From IMG/VR virus record IMGVR_UViG_3300000956_000011, positions 1,212 to 65,211 of that record: DNA of 64,000 nt. One strand, 5' to 3'. The notes beneath the pieces are model-generated. The model made no database searches. It was not told where the DNA came from and saw only the letters and a list, made by a program, of their open reading frames with translations. Position 1 is the stretch's first letter. Every line of letters starts with the position of its first letter. Of the stretch, positions 15,842 to 26,026 are shown one piece after another. The stretch comes from a virus. Made by a program: the position numbers and the translations under genes.

Positions 15842-18616
15842 TCAGAAAGGAATAACGACGAGGTGGCGGTCGGAAAACTGAGCGGTGTCAGTGGCGTCCA
15901 GGGAAGTGTACTTCATGGTCACAAAGTACGTGCCCACAGCGGTTAGCCCGTCAATAAGAAAGAACTTGCTGGCTCCGGAAGCTGTGGCGCTTCCGCCCGG
16001 ACCATGCACACCCACCGAGCGAAAGAAGCTGGCCGGAAGGAAATACCCCGAAGGACCGGCAATATCGAAGCTTGCGTAAGCGGCATTGTTTCCGGCGTTG
16101 TTGCACCAAGCTCCCACCCCAACGATCATCCGCAGCGTGTTGCCCACTTCAACGCTCAAGGTGGGGCCAACCGTGGCCAGATCCCCGTACGTGGTACCGA
16201 CCCTGTTCTGCACTGCGGTCACACTGCTTGCCGCTGTACCAAAGGCCAGCGTGCTTACACGGACAAGCTTGCCTAGATCGTTGACAACCTCAATGCCTTC
16301 GCTACCGGACTCGAGCTCGCCGATGCGCGTTACGCGTGCGCCGTTGTCCTTGTACACCTGAACACCATGGCGGCCGTCTAGACATTCTCCGATTTCCAGA
16401 ATGACATTGCCATTAGAGTTCTTGACGGTGAGCGCGCCGTCGTTGATCTCAATTCCTCCTCGACCGTTCACTGTGAGCTTGCCGTCGAGGTTGCTCCAGC
16501 GCAACAGGTTCTGATTCAGGGCGCTGTACCCTTTGATGCCATCGCTTGTGATGTCCACCCGCGCGCCAGTACCGCCAGTTGTGATTTTGCCACCGATCAA
16601 CCACTCCGCAGAAATGGTTCCAGCCGTCACTTTGTCAACGGTCAAATTGCGAATGTAGGCATCGTCCCACAGTTCTGCGGTAGCCACCGCACCCACGCTC
16701 GCATTACTGCGGTTGCCGCTCTGATCAACAGCCACAACCTTGAAGTGCATGGGCTGTTGCTGGAGAACTTGGAAGCTTGCTACAGCTGGGATCATGCCTG
16801 TGATGTGACCCCAGTCCGCAGTCATCTTGCCGATGAGCGTACTTTCTTCTGGCGTGAAAAGAGGGTCCACAGAACCGTGAACTTCCAGATGGCTGAGATC
16901 CCTGTCCATATTGAATTGACCACCATCAGCCCTACCAAGACGATGCGTGATCAAAACAGCTGCCGGATTGGCTGCGACCTCCGGGGCTGCGGGAGTAGCT
17001 GGAGGGAAGATGTCTCGGCTAGCCTGCCATTGATGAACGTCAGACCATTCGCCGAAGTTTGGCGGCTTGCCATTGTCCACCGCTCGGATTTGCGCTTCGT
17101 ACGTCATTCCCGGCGTTAGCTCTTGCAGGCGGAAGCGCAGTACTTCGGCCGGAGCTACCGCGTATTGCCACTGCGCCTCAATGCTCAGGACGATGGGATC
17201 GTCTACGGTATTCAGATCGGATAGTTGGTCCGAAAGCCCATCCAGTTCTTCCAGTGTGTAATCCGTCAGCGGAGACGCGGATTGCCGATAACGAATGTCA
17301 TAGTAAGCCAGATCTGTCATCGTGGAGGTGTCGGTATTGTTCGGCTTCGTCCACCGCATTTCAACTTCTGACTTAGTCTCCCCTGTGATCGGGGACTGAT
17401 ATTGGGACTGCACCCAGGGCAGCACCCACACGGTCTTGCCAGGAATTGTGCTGTTAATGTCTGGGAGGGTGATTGGGAAAGTGCCACTACCGCCCTCGGT
17501 CAAGCTGCGGTTGTACCCGCCCACAACGAGAGTCGTATCCCCAGTCTCCGGAATTACAAATCTACTGAGGTCCAGCCACTCCCCGTTTCCTGCGCGGTAC
17601 AACACGCTCATACGATTGGTTACCGGCCAAGTGGTCTCTGTCAGGCGCAGTTTGAACGGGTTAATGCGCTGCCCTCGAAAGATCACTTCGTTATTGATGT
17701 CAACCAGATCCATCGTGGGGTCGTACGCCCAGATGTAGTCGCCTACCTGCGCCTTGCCCTTGATGTCGTAGTCCCCGGTGCTGAGCGTCAAGGCGTCGCG
17801 CGTGCCCTTGAATCGGTTAAGCTGCAGGAGGGCACGGGCGGGGGCGTTGGTCGCATCCGTGTCGCTCTCCTGAATGATGCGCGTGCGCTTCACTTTGTTC
17901 CCGTGCATGTCCACGAACGGGATTTCTCCGGCTGTCAGCTGCTGTTCTGCCGTGACGAACTGACCGTTGATGCCTTGCGCCAGCAACGCTACGTGTGTTG
18001 TGTAGTCTTCTACATCTCGGTCCGTTTCGGCTAGGCCAGCCAGACCCCGCAGGAACATGTCATCCAGGCCCTTGCGTGCAATGACGCATTTCGGGTTGAC
18101 CACGAACAAGTCCGATTCAAGACCGGCGTCCAGGGTAGCGTCGCCATTCACACGCCAGGCGTGGTCCCCGAGCGTCTGGCAAATGTAGTCGATTATGTCC
18201 CGAGACGTCTGATACTGGAAAGTGCTCGGACCGAAGGTTTCTCCCGTAACGAACAATGTGCCCTCAGTGACAGCGCCTGAAGGTGGCAGTACCGCACGGA
18301 TCACATCATCAAAATCACCGCTCAGAGTTGTCGCGGTGAGAAATACGTCGCCCTTGCCCTCGGCGTCGCCAAGCCACAAGGCCATTCCCGCGCCACCGAT
18401 GCTACGTTGGTCGGCTGAGCTATCCGATATTCGGGTAACTGGCCCTACGTAGCGCGCAGTCCGCAGCAAAGAGTCGTCGAGCGGTCCAGGTCGTTTACCC
18501 GGCACAATAGCGATGTGCCCGAAGTAATCAATGGTCTTCCACAGGGCGTCAGAGATGCTGTCTTTGAAGTTCAGCCCCCACGAACCGAGCGCTCGGAGTG
18601 TCTCTGTAATGGCCAT
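15842..18616 (-). CDS. minor tail protein / central fibre with FN3 domains (924 aa)
   Basis: FN3 signatures LQELTPGMTYEAQIRAVDN..GEWS and HFKVVAVDQSGNRS; second gene after the tape measure. Confidence 0.8.
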   Translation of the reverse strand: MAITETLRALGSWGLNFKDSISDALWKTIDYFGHIAIVPGKRPGPLDDSLLRTARYVGPVTRISDSSADQRSIGGAGMALWLGDAEGKGDVFLTATTLSGDFDDVIRAVLPPSGAVTEGTLFVTGETFGPSTFQYQTSRDIIDYICQTLGDHAWRVNGDATLDAGLESDLFVVNPKCVIARKGLDDMFLRGLAGLAETDRDVEDYTTHVALLAQGINGQFVTAEQQLTAGEIPFVDMHGNKVKRTRIIQESDTDATNAPARALLQLNRFKGTRDALTLSTGDYDIKGKAQVGDYIWAYDPTMDLVDINNEVIFRGQRINPFKLRLTETTWPVTNRMSVLYRAGNGEWLDLSRFVIPETGDTTLVVGGYNRSLTEGGSGTFPITLPDINSTIPGKTVWVLPWVQSQYQSPITGETKSEVEMRWTKPNNTDTSTMTDLAYYDIRYRQSASPLTDYTLEELDGLSDQLSDLNTVDDPIVLSIEAQWQYAVAPAEVLRFRLQELTPGMTYEAQIRAVDNGKPPNFGEWSDVHQWQASRDIFPPATPAAPEVAANPAAVLITHRLGRADGGQFNMDRDLSHLEVHGSVDPLFTPEESTLIGKMTADWGHITGMIPAVASFQVLQQQPMHFKVVAVDQSGNRSNASVGAVATAELWDDAYIRNLTVDKVTAGTISAEWLIGGKITTGGTGARVDITSDGIKGYSALNQNLLRWSNLDGKLTVNGRGGIEINDGALTVKNSNGNVILEIGECLDGRHGVQVYKDNGARVTRIGELESGSEGIEVVNDLGKLVRVSTLAFGTAASSVTAVQNRVGTTYGDLATVGPTLSVEVGNTLRMIVGVGAWCNNAGNNAAYASFDIAGPSGYFLPASFFRSVGVHGPGGSATASGASKFFLIDGLTAVGTYFVTMKYTSLDATDTAQFSDRHLVVIPF

Positions 18617-19854
18617 CAGCGATGCACCCCTTGAACGAGCTCCGAGGGCAATCCCATGTATTGCTTCTGGAGGTCTACTGCCTGGTCCCCTGTCACCGCA
18701 CCAGTTCCCCCGGCGACAACCCCGATGAAGGCGTCCAGGGTAGATGCTGCCGATTTGAAGAAACCACCATTGATAACGTCGGCGTTAGCCGTACGCGCTG
18801 TACCGATGATGTACTTGTTTCCATCAGCGTCATTCGCAGTAGCCACCACAGTTCCAGCAGGACTGTTCGTACCGGCTTCTGCCGGATTGCGAAGAAACTG
18901 AAGAGTGCCACCGAATTCGCTTTGGTAATAGAACTCTGCGAAACGGTGTCCGCGTCGCAAGGTGACGTCCAAGTACAATCGGCCATTCGTCATACTCTTC
19001 GCCAACCGAACTGTGACGATACCTGGCTCGTTGATGAGAATTGTGCAGTAGTCGAAACTACCCAAGGTGACCGTGTTGTATCGGACGTCCCAGCGCTTCG
19101 CTCGCCAGGCTCCCCCGGTGTAAGCACTGATTTCCAAAACGCCCAGGCTGGTCAGCGGCCGTATACGCACTAGGCCGTTGGAGAGGGTCCAACCCAAAGG
19201 ACTCAGCCGAGCGCTGTCTCCCGCGCGCTCAAGACCCAGCTCGTCGGTGAACCGCACCCGACCAGTCAGGTAGCCGACGGGGGTAGTGGCCCAGCGAGGG
19301 CTCATGGTGGCACTGAATCCCCGGTACAGTTTCAGTACGCCATCCTCGCCCGTGCGACTAACCGCCGTCGTTACCGTGGCGTCTGTCCAGTAGGCACCGT
19401 GAGTAATAGCAGGAGAATGAGTACGCTCCCCGACCACAGAGAAATCGTTGACCCTAGTCAACGCCCCGCCCAGTCGAGACTCAATATCGATGTCACTTTC
19501 AGTGCCGAGCCGCTTCAACGTTATCTGCCAGCTGAAAACGACCAGCCCGTCCTCCCAGTCCCGAACAGTGCCCTGGGCATCCTCAAGAATGTAGAACCCG
19601 TCCAAATAGGTCTTCTTGGTGAAAATGACCGGCACAAGCTGGCCGACCATTGTCAGCAAGTCTTCTCGCTGACGCGCAACGGCTGCGGCAGAAAGCCGGG
19701 GGATGGATTCCTGGCCCGACAGCGTCATGTCCCGATCACCATTGCTAGAAGAGCGTTCTGGAGCCGTGTCGTCCTCTCTCAAAAACATACGGCCGATCTG
19801 AAACGTTTTCGTGTTACCGGAGCTGGGTAGCCCAGCCGGAATGACAACAGGCAT
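18616..19854 (-). CDS. minor tail protein (distal-tail position, 412 aa)
   Basis: Immediately follows the tape measure. Confidence 0.72.
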   Translation of the reverse strand: MPVVIPAGLPSSGNTKTFQIGRMFLREDDTAPERSSSNGDRDMTLSGQESIPRLSAAAVARQREDLLTMVGQLVPVIFTKKTYLDGFYILEDAQGTVRDWEDGLVVFSWQITLKRLGTESDIDIESRLGGALTRVNDFSVVGERTHSPAITHGAYWTDATVTTAVSRTGEDGVLKLYRGFSATMSPRWATTPVGYLTGRVRFTDELGLERAGDSARLSPLGWTLSNGLVRIRPLTSLGVLEISAYTGGAWRAKRWDVRYNTVTLGSFDYCTILINEPGIVTVRLAKSMTNGRLYLDVTLRRGHRFAEFYYQSEFGGTLQFLRNPAEAGTNSPAGTVVATANDADGNKYIIGTARTANADVINGGFFKSAASTLDAFIGVVAGGTGAVTGDQAVDLQKQYMGLPSELVQGVHR

Positions 19855-22800
19855 CAGGCATACTCCTTATCCAGGTTACGCAAGCCATCCTTCAAACGAA
19901 CCATGGTCTGCCGGAAGGCAACCGGGTTTGTCGGGTCCAGATTACCTTGGACATTGACGGTAACGTTTTCAATGATCACGGTACGACTGCTCGCGGTGCT
20001 TGCGCCATCTCCGCCACGTGTAGTGGCGCCGTTCACCAACGCGTTCACCGCACCACTAGCCGCGAACTGCGTGGGGATGCCGGACGTGTCCGCGCCCATG
20101 CTGACCGTGGCGGCCAAGGTACCAGTAGCTCCAGTAAGTTCATCACCCACTGCCTGCGCCATATTGGCCGCTGCCCGCACTGCGGAATCAGCCGTACTGT
20201 CCAGTCCGCGCACTAGACCGGCCACGATGTTTTCTCCGGCTTCGGCGGCCAGACGAGAGGGCGAGTGAATACCGAAGAAGCTCAGCACATTGTCCCAGGC
20301 GTCACTGACGATCTGCTTGAGCTTCTGCCAGATCTTGTACGCCTGATTCCCAAGACCGCGAACGATACCGCCGATGAGATCTCCCGCCCAGTCAGCCAAC
20401 CTACCGGGCAGGCTCTTCAGGAAGTCAATTACTTTGCCCGGAATGTCCTTGACAGTATCTAGAACTTTCCTGGACATACCGCCGACACCGTTCTTGATGT
20501 CGTCCCATATGCCGCTGAAGAAGTTCGCAATACCATTCCACAATGCGGAGGCCGTGGACTTAATCTCATTCCACTTCTGAGACAGGAATCCGGTAATGCC
20601 ATTCCAGGCCGCTGACACTTGCGAGGTAATATCGTTCCAAATACCGGCGAAGAAGTCCCTAATGCCCGTCCACAACGCTTCGGCAGTTTGCTTGATGTCT
20701 TCCCAGATACCGCTAAGATAAGCGGAGATGCTATCCCAGTTCTGAATAATCAGAATGACCAACGTAATGATGGCGGCCGCTATCACCAAGAATGGGTTCG
20801 CGCTCATCACGACATTGAGACCCTTCCAAATGATAATGGCGGCGTCAATGGCTTTGTTGGCTGCGTAGATACCAGCGATAACCGGGCCGAGTGCGGGGCC
20901 GAGGAATCCGATTAGGTCGGCTATAGGCTGCAGGATCGCACCCAAGACCTGAAGTGCCCCGGCGAGGTAAGTGCCCGCAGCATCGGCGAAAGCTGTAATG
21001 AACGGCTCAAGCGCCACAAGAAGGTCCGCCGCTATCTTCAGGAAACTGATGAACACCTTTCCATAGGCCCCACCAATGCTCGCCAGTATCTTTCCTAGCG
21101 ACTCCAGCGCCTCTTGCCCTTCCGCGCTGTGCAAGAATTCCGCAACCTGATCCGTCAACTTCGTGAGGGTGTTCAACGCTCCGCCACCTTGCTGATCCAG
21201 CGCGCTGAATACAGTCACGACAATGTCGGCAAGGTTCTTCAGCAGTTCCCAGAGCTTGCTAGCCGTGTCCATGGCCTCTTGCATCCAACGACGCAAGTCA
21301 CCGGACTCCTTGGCGGCATTCACAAACTCTCGGAACCGAGACGCGGCATTGGCTGCACCGGTCGCCATGTCAGGGAGGAAGTCACTGCCAACGCTGGCGA
21401 TATCCAGGAATGCCGCAAGCAGGTCACGCACAATACCGCGAAGGTTGGTAAGCGCCTGACCCGTGTTGTTGAAAATGTTCTGAACGTTTTCCTGAGCCTC
21501 GGCAGTGTGCAGGTATGCCACGGTTTCTTTGACAATGCCGTTGAGCGCAGTAGCAACCTTGCCCATCCCGTCTTCTAGCAACGGGAACCATTCCTTGGCC
21601 AGTGGCTCTACTTCGGCGGCCAAGCCTTCGAATAGTTTGTCCTGCACGCTCCGCCGAACATTGTCCCAGGCGTCCCGCATGCGCAGAACTTCCTCTACGA
21701 AGGCGCGTGCGTTGGGGGAAAGGTTGGCGAGAGCGTCGTTGAGCTTCGCCCCTGCCGCACCGCCAGCATCCGCCGCATCTTCGTAGGCCTCAGAGAGGTT
21801 TCTCTGGGCGTCAACAACGGACTGCACCGCGTCCGCAATTTGCCGAGCCGAATCTACCTGCACCTGCCGTACGTTGTCCTGCGCTTCAGATAGGGATTCC
21901 TGCGCGTCCGCAACTGACTGCGTCGCACTGCGGACACCTTCCTGGGCATTGACGACCTCCGCGCTACCCTGCACCCCCGCAGCCGCAGCCGCAGCCTGGT
22001 CCGTCTTGAGTCTTTCGTTTTCTTTTCTGGTCTGCTCCAGCGCTAGCTTTTGCTTTTCCAGATTGATGGTGGCTTGCTCAATGTCGTCCGAAGTAGCTGT
22101 CGGATCCCGAAGTACGGCATTGAGTTCTTCTTGTGCTTTTTTGACGTCCAGAATGGCCTGGCGCTCATCCAAGCTTCCGCCGGTCAGCGCGAACTTCATA
22201 TCCTCTAAATCGCGCACAGCTTGTTGGCGCGCACGGTTGAGCGCTTCCTGGGCGCGGATGGCGTCTCGCTGCGCTTCGTCAAGGTCTCGCTGAGCGCTCA
22301 CAACCTGCTTGAGCGCCTGCGCTACCGAACGTGCCGCGCCTTCTTGCGTGCGCCGCAGATTCTCCTCCGCGTCCGCCAGACTGCGCTTGGCGTCCTCAAT
22401 GGACCTTGCCGCTGCCCGCTGGGCCTTGGCGCTGGCACCCGCAGCACCGCCTACCGCCTTGGATTGTTGCGCCGCAGCTTTGAACGCCCCAGCTACACCA
22501 CTTACGCCTGTTGCCACGGTCGCACCCGCAGCGCCAAGGCTAGCCAGCGCTCCGGCGGCAACTCCAGCCAGCCCCGCCAGACTGGCCAAGCTAACGGCCA
22601 GTCCAGCAACTGCCGGAGTGGCAACAGCTACGCCACCGATCATCAGTCGCATACGGCCGCTGAAAGTGTTGAGCAGGCTGGAGCTACGAGCGGTGTTCTG
22701 CTGAATATCTCTCAGACTGTTTGCGAACTGCCGGAGCTGATTGTTGTCAATATCCGGCGTCATGTCTGGCGTCGGAATGCGGTTCAGCTGCTCTCGCGCA

Positions 22801-23261
22801 CTAGCCAATGCGCGCGTGTTCTGCTGGAGCCGGGCGGTGCTCGTGATGGTAGCTTGCTGCGCGCGTCGCAAAGCGCTTTCTGCGTCGGATACTTTCTTGG
22901 CACTGGCAGAGCTGTCATTACGAACAGCGTTCAGATTTTCCTCGGCCGCACGTAGCCTCTCTCTCGCTGCAAAGGCAGCGGCCGAAGCATCCGTGACATC
23001 CTTCTCAAGCTTCTTTACAGCACCCGCCATGTGCTCGGCGGAAGTGCTGTCGAAGGTTAATGAATCAGCTGCCCTCCTGGCGGAAGCGGCAAGGCCCTCG
23101 TAGTCCCTGGAAGACTCTTTGGTTGATTTGTCGATCTTCTCGCTGGACCGTGTGGCCTCGTCGCCGACTTCCCGAATGTCTTCTCTAGCGTCTTCAGCAC
23201 CCGATTTGTCGTAGTCAATGCGAATTGTGCCGTGAGCACGCCCAAGATTGTAGTCAGGCAT
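19854..23261 (-). CDS. tape measure protein (1135 aa)
   Basis: LGRAHGTI N-terminus, Ala-rich coiled coils, W/F 11-residue repeats, FGIHSPSR motif; follows the chaperones. Confidence 0.92.
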   Translation of the reverse strand: MPDYNLGRAHGTIRIDYDKSGAEDAREDIREVGDEATRSSEKIDKSTKESSRDYEGLAASARRAADSLTFDSTSAEHMAGAVKKLEKDVTDASAAAFAARERLRAAEENLNAVRNDSSASAKKVSDAESALRRAQQATITSTARLQQNTRALASAREQLNRIPTPDMTPDIDNNQLRQFANSLRDIQQNTARSSSLLNTFSGRMRLMIGGVAVATPAVAGLAVSLASLAGLAGVAAGALASLGAAGATVATGVSGVAGAFKAAAQQSKAVGGAAGASAKAQRAAARSIEDAKRSLADAEENLRRTQEGAARSVAQALKQVVSAQRDLDEAQRDAIRAQEALNRARQQAVRDLEDMKFALTGGSLDERQAILDVKKAQEELNAVLRDPTATSDDIEQATINLEKQKLALEQTRKENERLKTDQAAAAAAGVQGSAEVVNAQEGVRSATQSVADAQESLSEAQDNVRQVQVDSARQIADAVQSVVDAQRNLSEAYEDAADAGGAAGAKLNDALANLSPNARAFVEEVLRMRDAWDNVRRSVQDKLFEGLAAEVEPLAKEWFPLLEDGMGKVATALNGIVKETVAYLHTAEAQENVQNIFNNTGQALTNLRGIVRDLLAAFLDIASVGSDFLPDMATGAANAASRFREFVNAAKESGDLRRWMQEAMDTASKLWELLKNLADIVVTVFSALDQQGGGALNTLTKLTDQVAEFLHSAEGQEALESLGKILASIGGAYGKVFISFLKIAADLLVALEPFITAFADAAGTYLAGALQVLGAILQPIADLIGFLGPALGPVIAGIYAANKAIDAAIIIWKGLNVVMSANPFLVIAAAIITLVILIIQNWDSISAYLSGIWEDIKQTAEALWTGIRDFFAGIWNDITSQVSAAWNGITGFLSQKWNEIKSTASALWNGIANFFSGIWDDIKNGVGGMSRKVLDTVKDIPGKVIDFLKSLPGRLADWAGDLIGGIVRGLGNQAYKIWQKLKQIVSDAWDNVLSFFGIHSPSRLAAEAGENIVAGLVRGLDSTADSAVRAAANMAQAVGDELTGATGTLAATVSMGADTSGIPTQFAASGAVNALVNGATTRGGDGASTASSRTVIIENVTVNVQGNLDPTNPVAFRQTMVRLKDGLRNLDKEYA

Positions 23262-23269
23262 TTCGCACC

Positions 23270-23563
23270 CTAGCCCTTCATCGGGTCCCGGAATTTCTGT
23301 TCTGGCTTCTCATCGAACCAACGCTCGAACACCTGCGCTCTACGCCGATTCTTTTCTGTCTCTGTGAGCGGCTTCTTTCGCTTACCGGGGTCCATACTCT
23401 TCTCTAGATCGTTTTCCAAACCCCGGCCGAAATGCATGACCGCTCTGTCAAGGTAGAAACTAGCTAGCCGATCGCTTTCGCGGAGCGCGAGCAGTTCGCT
23501 TGGCCGCTGGTTGTACGCCTGGCTCAGGTGCCACAACTCCCACAGCCTCTTCGGATCCTTCAC
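23270..23563 (-). CDS. tail assembly chaperone, downstream (frameshift) ORF
   Basis: Overlaps the 3' end of the chaperone gene in the +1 frame; precedes the tape measure. Confidence 0.75.
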   Translation of the reverse strand: MKDPKRLWELWHLSQAYNQRPSELLALRESDRLASFYLDRAVMHFGRGLENDLEKSMDPGKRKKPLTETEKNRRRAQVFERWFDEKPEQKFRDPMKG

Positions 23564-24074
23564 GAAACTGCTCGGTCGCCCTCACTCCCTTCATCAGCTC
23601 GTTGAACACGGCCATCTTGTCCGAGAACGGAACGGCGTCCGTGTAGAATCGTCCAGGGACGCGCGGGTATCCCTTCTCGGGTGGCAGATGCATTTCCGGC
23701 TTGGCCACACCGACGACCATCATTTGGTTCATCACCTCGCGGAAGGCCGCAGAGTTCTCGGCGTTCTTCGCAATGTCTGCGATGGTACGCGTTTCCTCCT
23801 CGACGATTTCCGCCGGGTCTTTGCCCTGGGCTTGGGCCTCCCGCTTGGCGCGGTCCCGCTTCACGCGCTCCACGGGCGTCAGGTTGGCATTCTTGGCGTG
23901 GGTGTTCATCACCACACTGGTCGCGAAATCCAGTTTGTCCAACAACCCGTGCTCGGCAAGCACGAACGGATCGATCTTGCGCAGGAGGCAGACGTCGCCG
24001 GAAGGGAGGGTGAAGTCGTATTCAGCCTCGGCCCAGGATTTCGGGGCGTACTTGTCTTCGTTTGTGGAAGGCAT
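23460..24074 (-). CDS. tail assembly chaperone (204 aa)
   Basis: ATG 24074 after TAGGAG; lies between major tail and tape measure. Confidence 0.8.
   Translation of the reverse strand: MPSTNEDKYAPKSWAEAEYDFTLPSGDVCLLRKIDPFVLAEHGLLDKLDFATSVVMNTHAKNANLTPVERVKRDRAKREAQAQGKDPAEIVEEETRTIADIAKNAENSAAFREVMNQMMVVGVAKPEMHLPPEKGYPRVPGRFYTDAVPFSDKMAVFNELMKGVRATEQFREGSEEAVGVVAPEPGVQPAAKRTARAPRKRSAS
23562..23570 (-). promoter_or_regulatory. putative +1 ribosomal frameshift site CAG-UUU-CGU
   Basis: The +1 frame is closed by TGA six codons upstream, so the shift window is narrow and contains UUU-C. Confidence 0.55.
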
Positions 24075-24110
24075 CTTCGTGCTCCTAAATTCCACTTTGT
24101 CGCAGAGGGA

Positions 24111-24977
24111 CTATGCAGTTGTGGCGTCGACCGGACCGACCCAGTTGGATCCGCCGTTGGCGGCCGTCATGGCGCGGACTCGGAACTGGTAGTTGGTTGC
24201 CGTGGTGAGACCAGTAACTGTCGCACCCGTGCTGGTCTCGCCCGTCGTGTTTGCCGGGTCCACCACTGCCCACTCACCGAATTCGGTGCGCATGCTGACC
24301 TGGTAGTTGTCGGCCGCGCTCGCGCCTGCCGCAGCGGTCCACGTGAGCGGAACCGTGGTGGTGGTCTCGGTACCAACGGTGAGGTTGGTCGGCGGAGCTT
24401 GCAGGGTAGGCAACGTACGCGCGGTGCTCGAGATGGCCGATGCCGTCTCGTTGATCTCGATGCTGTACAACAGGTCGTTGATGTCATCGAGAATCGGCAG
24501 ACCCTGGCCGGAAGCGCTCGTGATGAAGAACTCGCCGTCAGCGAATTCACCCTCGATAGCTTCGTTGCACCGGCACCGGTACACGACCGCGTGCAGGTCG
24601 CCACCGCTATCCGAAATGACCTGTCCCTCAATCAGGAAGTAGCCGCGAGCGTCGCTGGAACGCTTGTCCAGACGCCACTTCCTGTTGGGAGCGATGCCGG
24701 TCTGCGTGACCGTACCGCCGGTCATGACCTCCCACACACGAAGCTTGTAACCACCAGCTTCGAGTTCCCAGCTGACCGTCGCGCCGGAGCCGCGAATGGC
24801 GACGACACGATCGTCACCGCGCAACTCCTGGAACTCCTCCTCCTCGGAGAAGCTGAAGGTCTGCATGTTGGGCAGGTCGATGACTTCGCTGCTGAGAACA
24901 CTTCCTGCCGCATCCGCGTATGGCGTGATCTTGAGGTCACGCATACCGTACGGAAGAGCCGTTGGTGCCGTCATCAT
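24111..24977 (-). CDS. major tail protein with C-terminal FN3 domain
   Basis: LPYGMRDLKI...ELRGDD tail-tube pattern; C-terminal VTGLTTATNYQFRVRA FN3; SD AAAGGAGG. Confidence 0.85.
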   Translation of the reverse strand: MMTAPTALPYGMRDLKITPYADAAGSVLSSEVIDLPNMQTFSFSEEEEFQELRGDDRVVAIRGSGATVSWELEAGGYKLRVWEVMTGGTVTQTGIAPNRKWRLDKRSSDARGYFLIEGQVISDSGGDLHAVVYRCRCNEAIEGEFADGEFFITSASGQGLPILDDINDLLYSIEINETASAISSTARTLPTLQAPPTNLTVGTETTTTVPLTWTAAAGASAADNYQVSMRTEFGEWAVVDPANTTGETSTGATVTGLTTATNYQFRVRAMTAANGGSNWVGPVDATTA

Positions 24978-25176
24978 CCCTCCTTTGTTGCATTTCGATT
25001 GTCTTGTATTCTCTTGTGCTGAGCAGTTTTCCTGTACTGACTTCGAACCGGTGAAGAATAACCACCCCGGCCCGTTTTCCGCAGTACCGTGAATGGCAGC
25101 GAACTTCGAGGACGTCCGGAGCCACAATCACACCGTGAACCCTAGACGCGCACCGAAGCTCGTGTGCCTGCTCCAT
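24937..25176 (-). CDS. small Zn-finger protein, Mu Com-like (79 aa)
   Basis: ATG overlaps the upstream TGA; ELRC...HG...EVRC..RYCG gives C/H/C/C ligands. Confidence 0.62.
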   Translation of the reverse strand: MEQAHELRCASRVHGVIVAPDVLEVRCHSRYCGKRAGVVILHRFEVSTGKLLSTREYKTIEMQQRRDDDGTNGSSVRYA

Positions 25177-25595
25177 CACGGCACCCGGAAGCCCTGATCT
25201 TGACGCAGCACCTGTAGTGCCTGCGGGGTGAAGGCGCTGGCTGGCACCTTGAATCCGCTGGACCGCTCCCAGACCACGGTCGGCATGCCCTGAACCCCCG
25301 CCTGTTGCCATTGCTCAGCGGTGATTTCACGCTTTCCGAATTCACCTTGGTACACCACCATCGGCTCACCAGCTTCCTCGGCCAGCACTGCATCGTCCTC
25401 AGTGTCCGCGAGCTCCGGCGGCTCGTTGCTCCCCGTGTCCGAGATCTGCTCGCCTGCCACACCAGCCTTGAGCGTCTCGCCTAGGGTAGGCTCTGTTGTG
25501 GCGGTCCCGGGGACTGCCCCGCTGCCGGAAGGCTGCACAGAAGGCAGGGGAGGGGCGTCTGCGACGGGAGGCTGTTGCTTCCTCTTGATGGTCAT
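25176..25595 (-). CDS. hypothetical structural-region protein (139 aa)
   Basis: ATG 25595 after AAGGAG. Confidence 0.7.
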   Translation of the reverse strand: MTIKRKQQPPVADAPPLPSVQPSGSGAVPGTATTEPTLGETLKAGVAGEQISDTGSNEPPELADTEDDAVLAEEAGEPMVVYQGEFGKREITAEQWQQAGVQGMPTVVWERSSGFKVPASAFTPQALQVLRQDQGFRVP

Positions 25596-25603
25596 GATTC
25601 TCC

Positions 25604-26026
25604 TTACGGTGCAACGAAACTGCGTGCGGCAGTGTTGAAGGTCACGTACTTCACAATGGTGTTGAAGGCGTCGTCGGTCAGGTCCCGGCTGGTGTCCACC
25701 CACGTTCCCGCTGTGAGCGACCAGCCGTCGCTACCGGCCAAGTGCGTCACGTTCTCCATCAATGCTTTGATCTGCTCGATAGCCAGGTCAATCAGATTGT
25801 AGTCCCGACTGATCTCCTTCGGGATGTGAATCCAATAGCTGATGGTGTCGCGACCCGTGACGCCGAAAACCTTCTCTTGAAGATCCACGTTGATCACAAT
25901 GAACGGACCGTTTCGGTCGGGAGTATCCAGGGCATTGCTGGCCCACACTCGTGCCTGCGTGAAGCCGAGACCTTGCATGGCCGCGTCTTCGTAAACCAAG
26001 CGCGCGTATGCCTCCCGAGCCGTCAT
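25604..26026 (-). CDS. tail terminator-like protein (140 aa)
   Basis: Position before the major tail gene; GPFIVI...ISYWIH...D...L pattern. Confidence 0.68.
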   Translation of the reverse strand: MTAREAYARLVYEDAAMQGLGFTQARVWASNALDTPDRNGPFIVINVDLQEKVFGVTGRDTISYWIHIPKEISRDYNLIDLAIEQIKALMENVTHLAGSDGWSLTAGTWVDTSRDLTDDAFNTIVKYVTFNTAARSFVAP

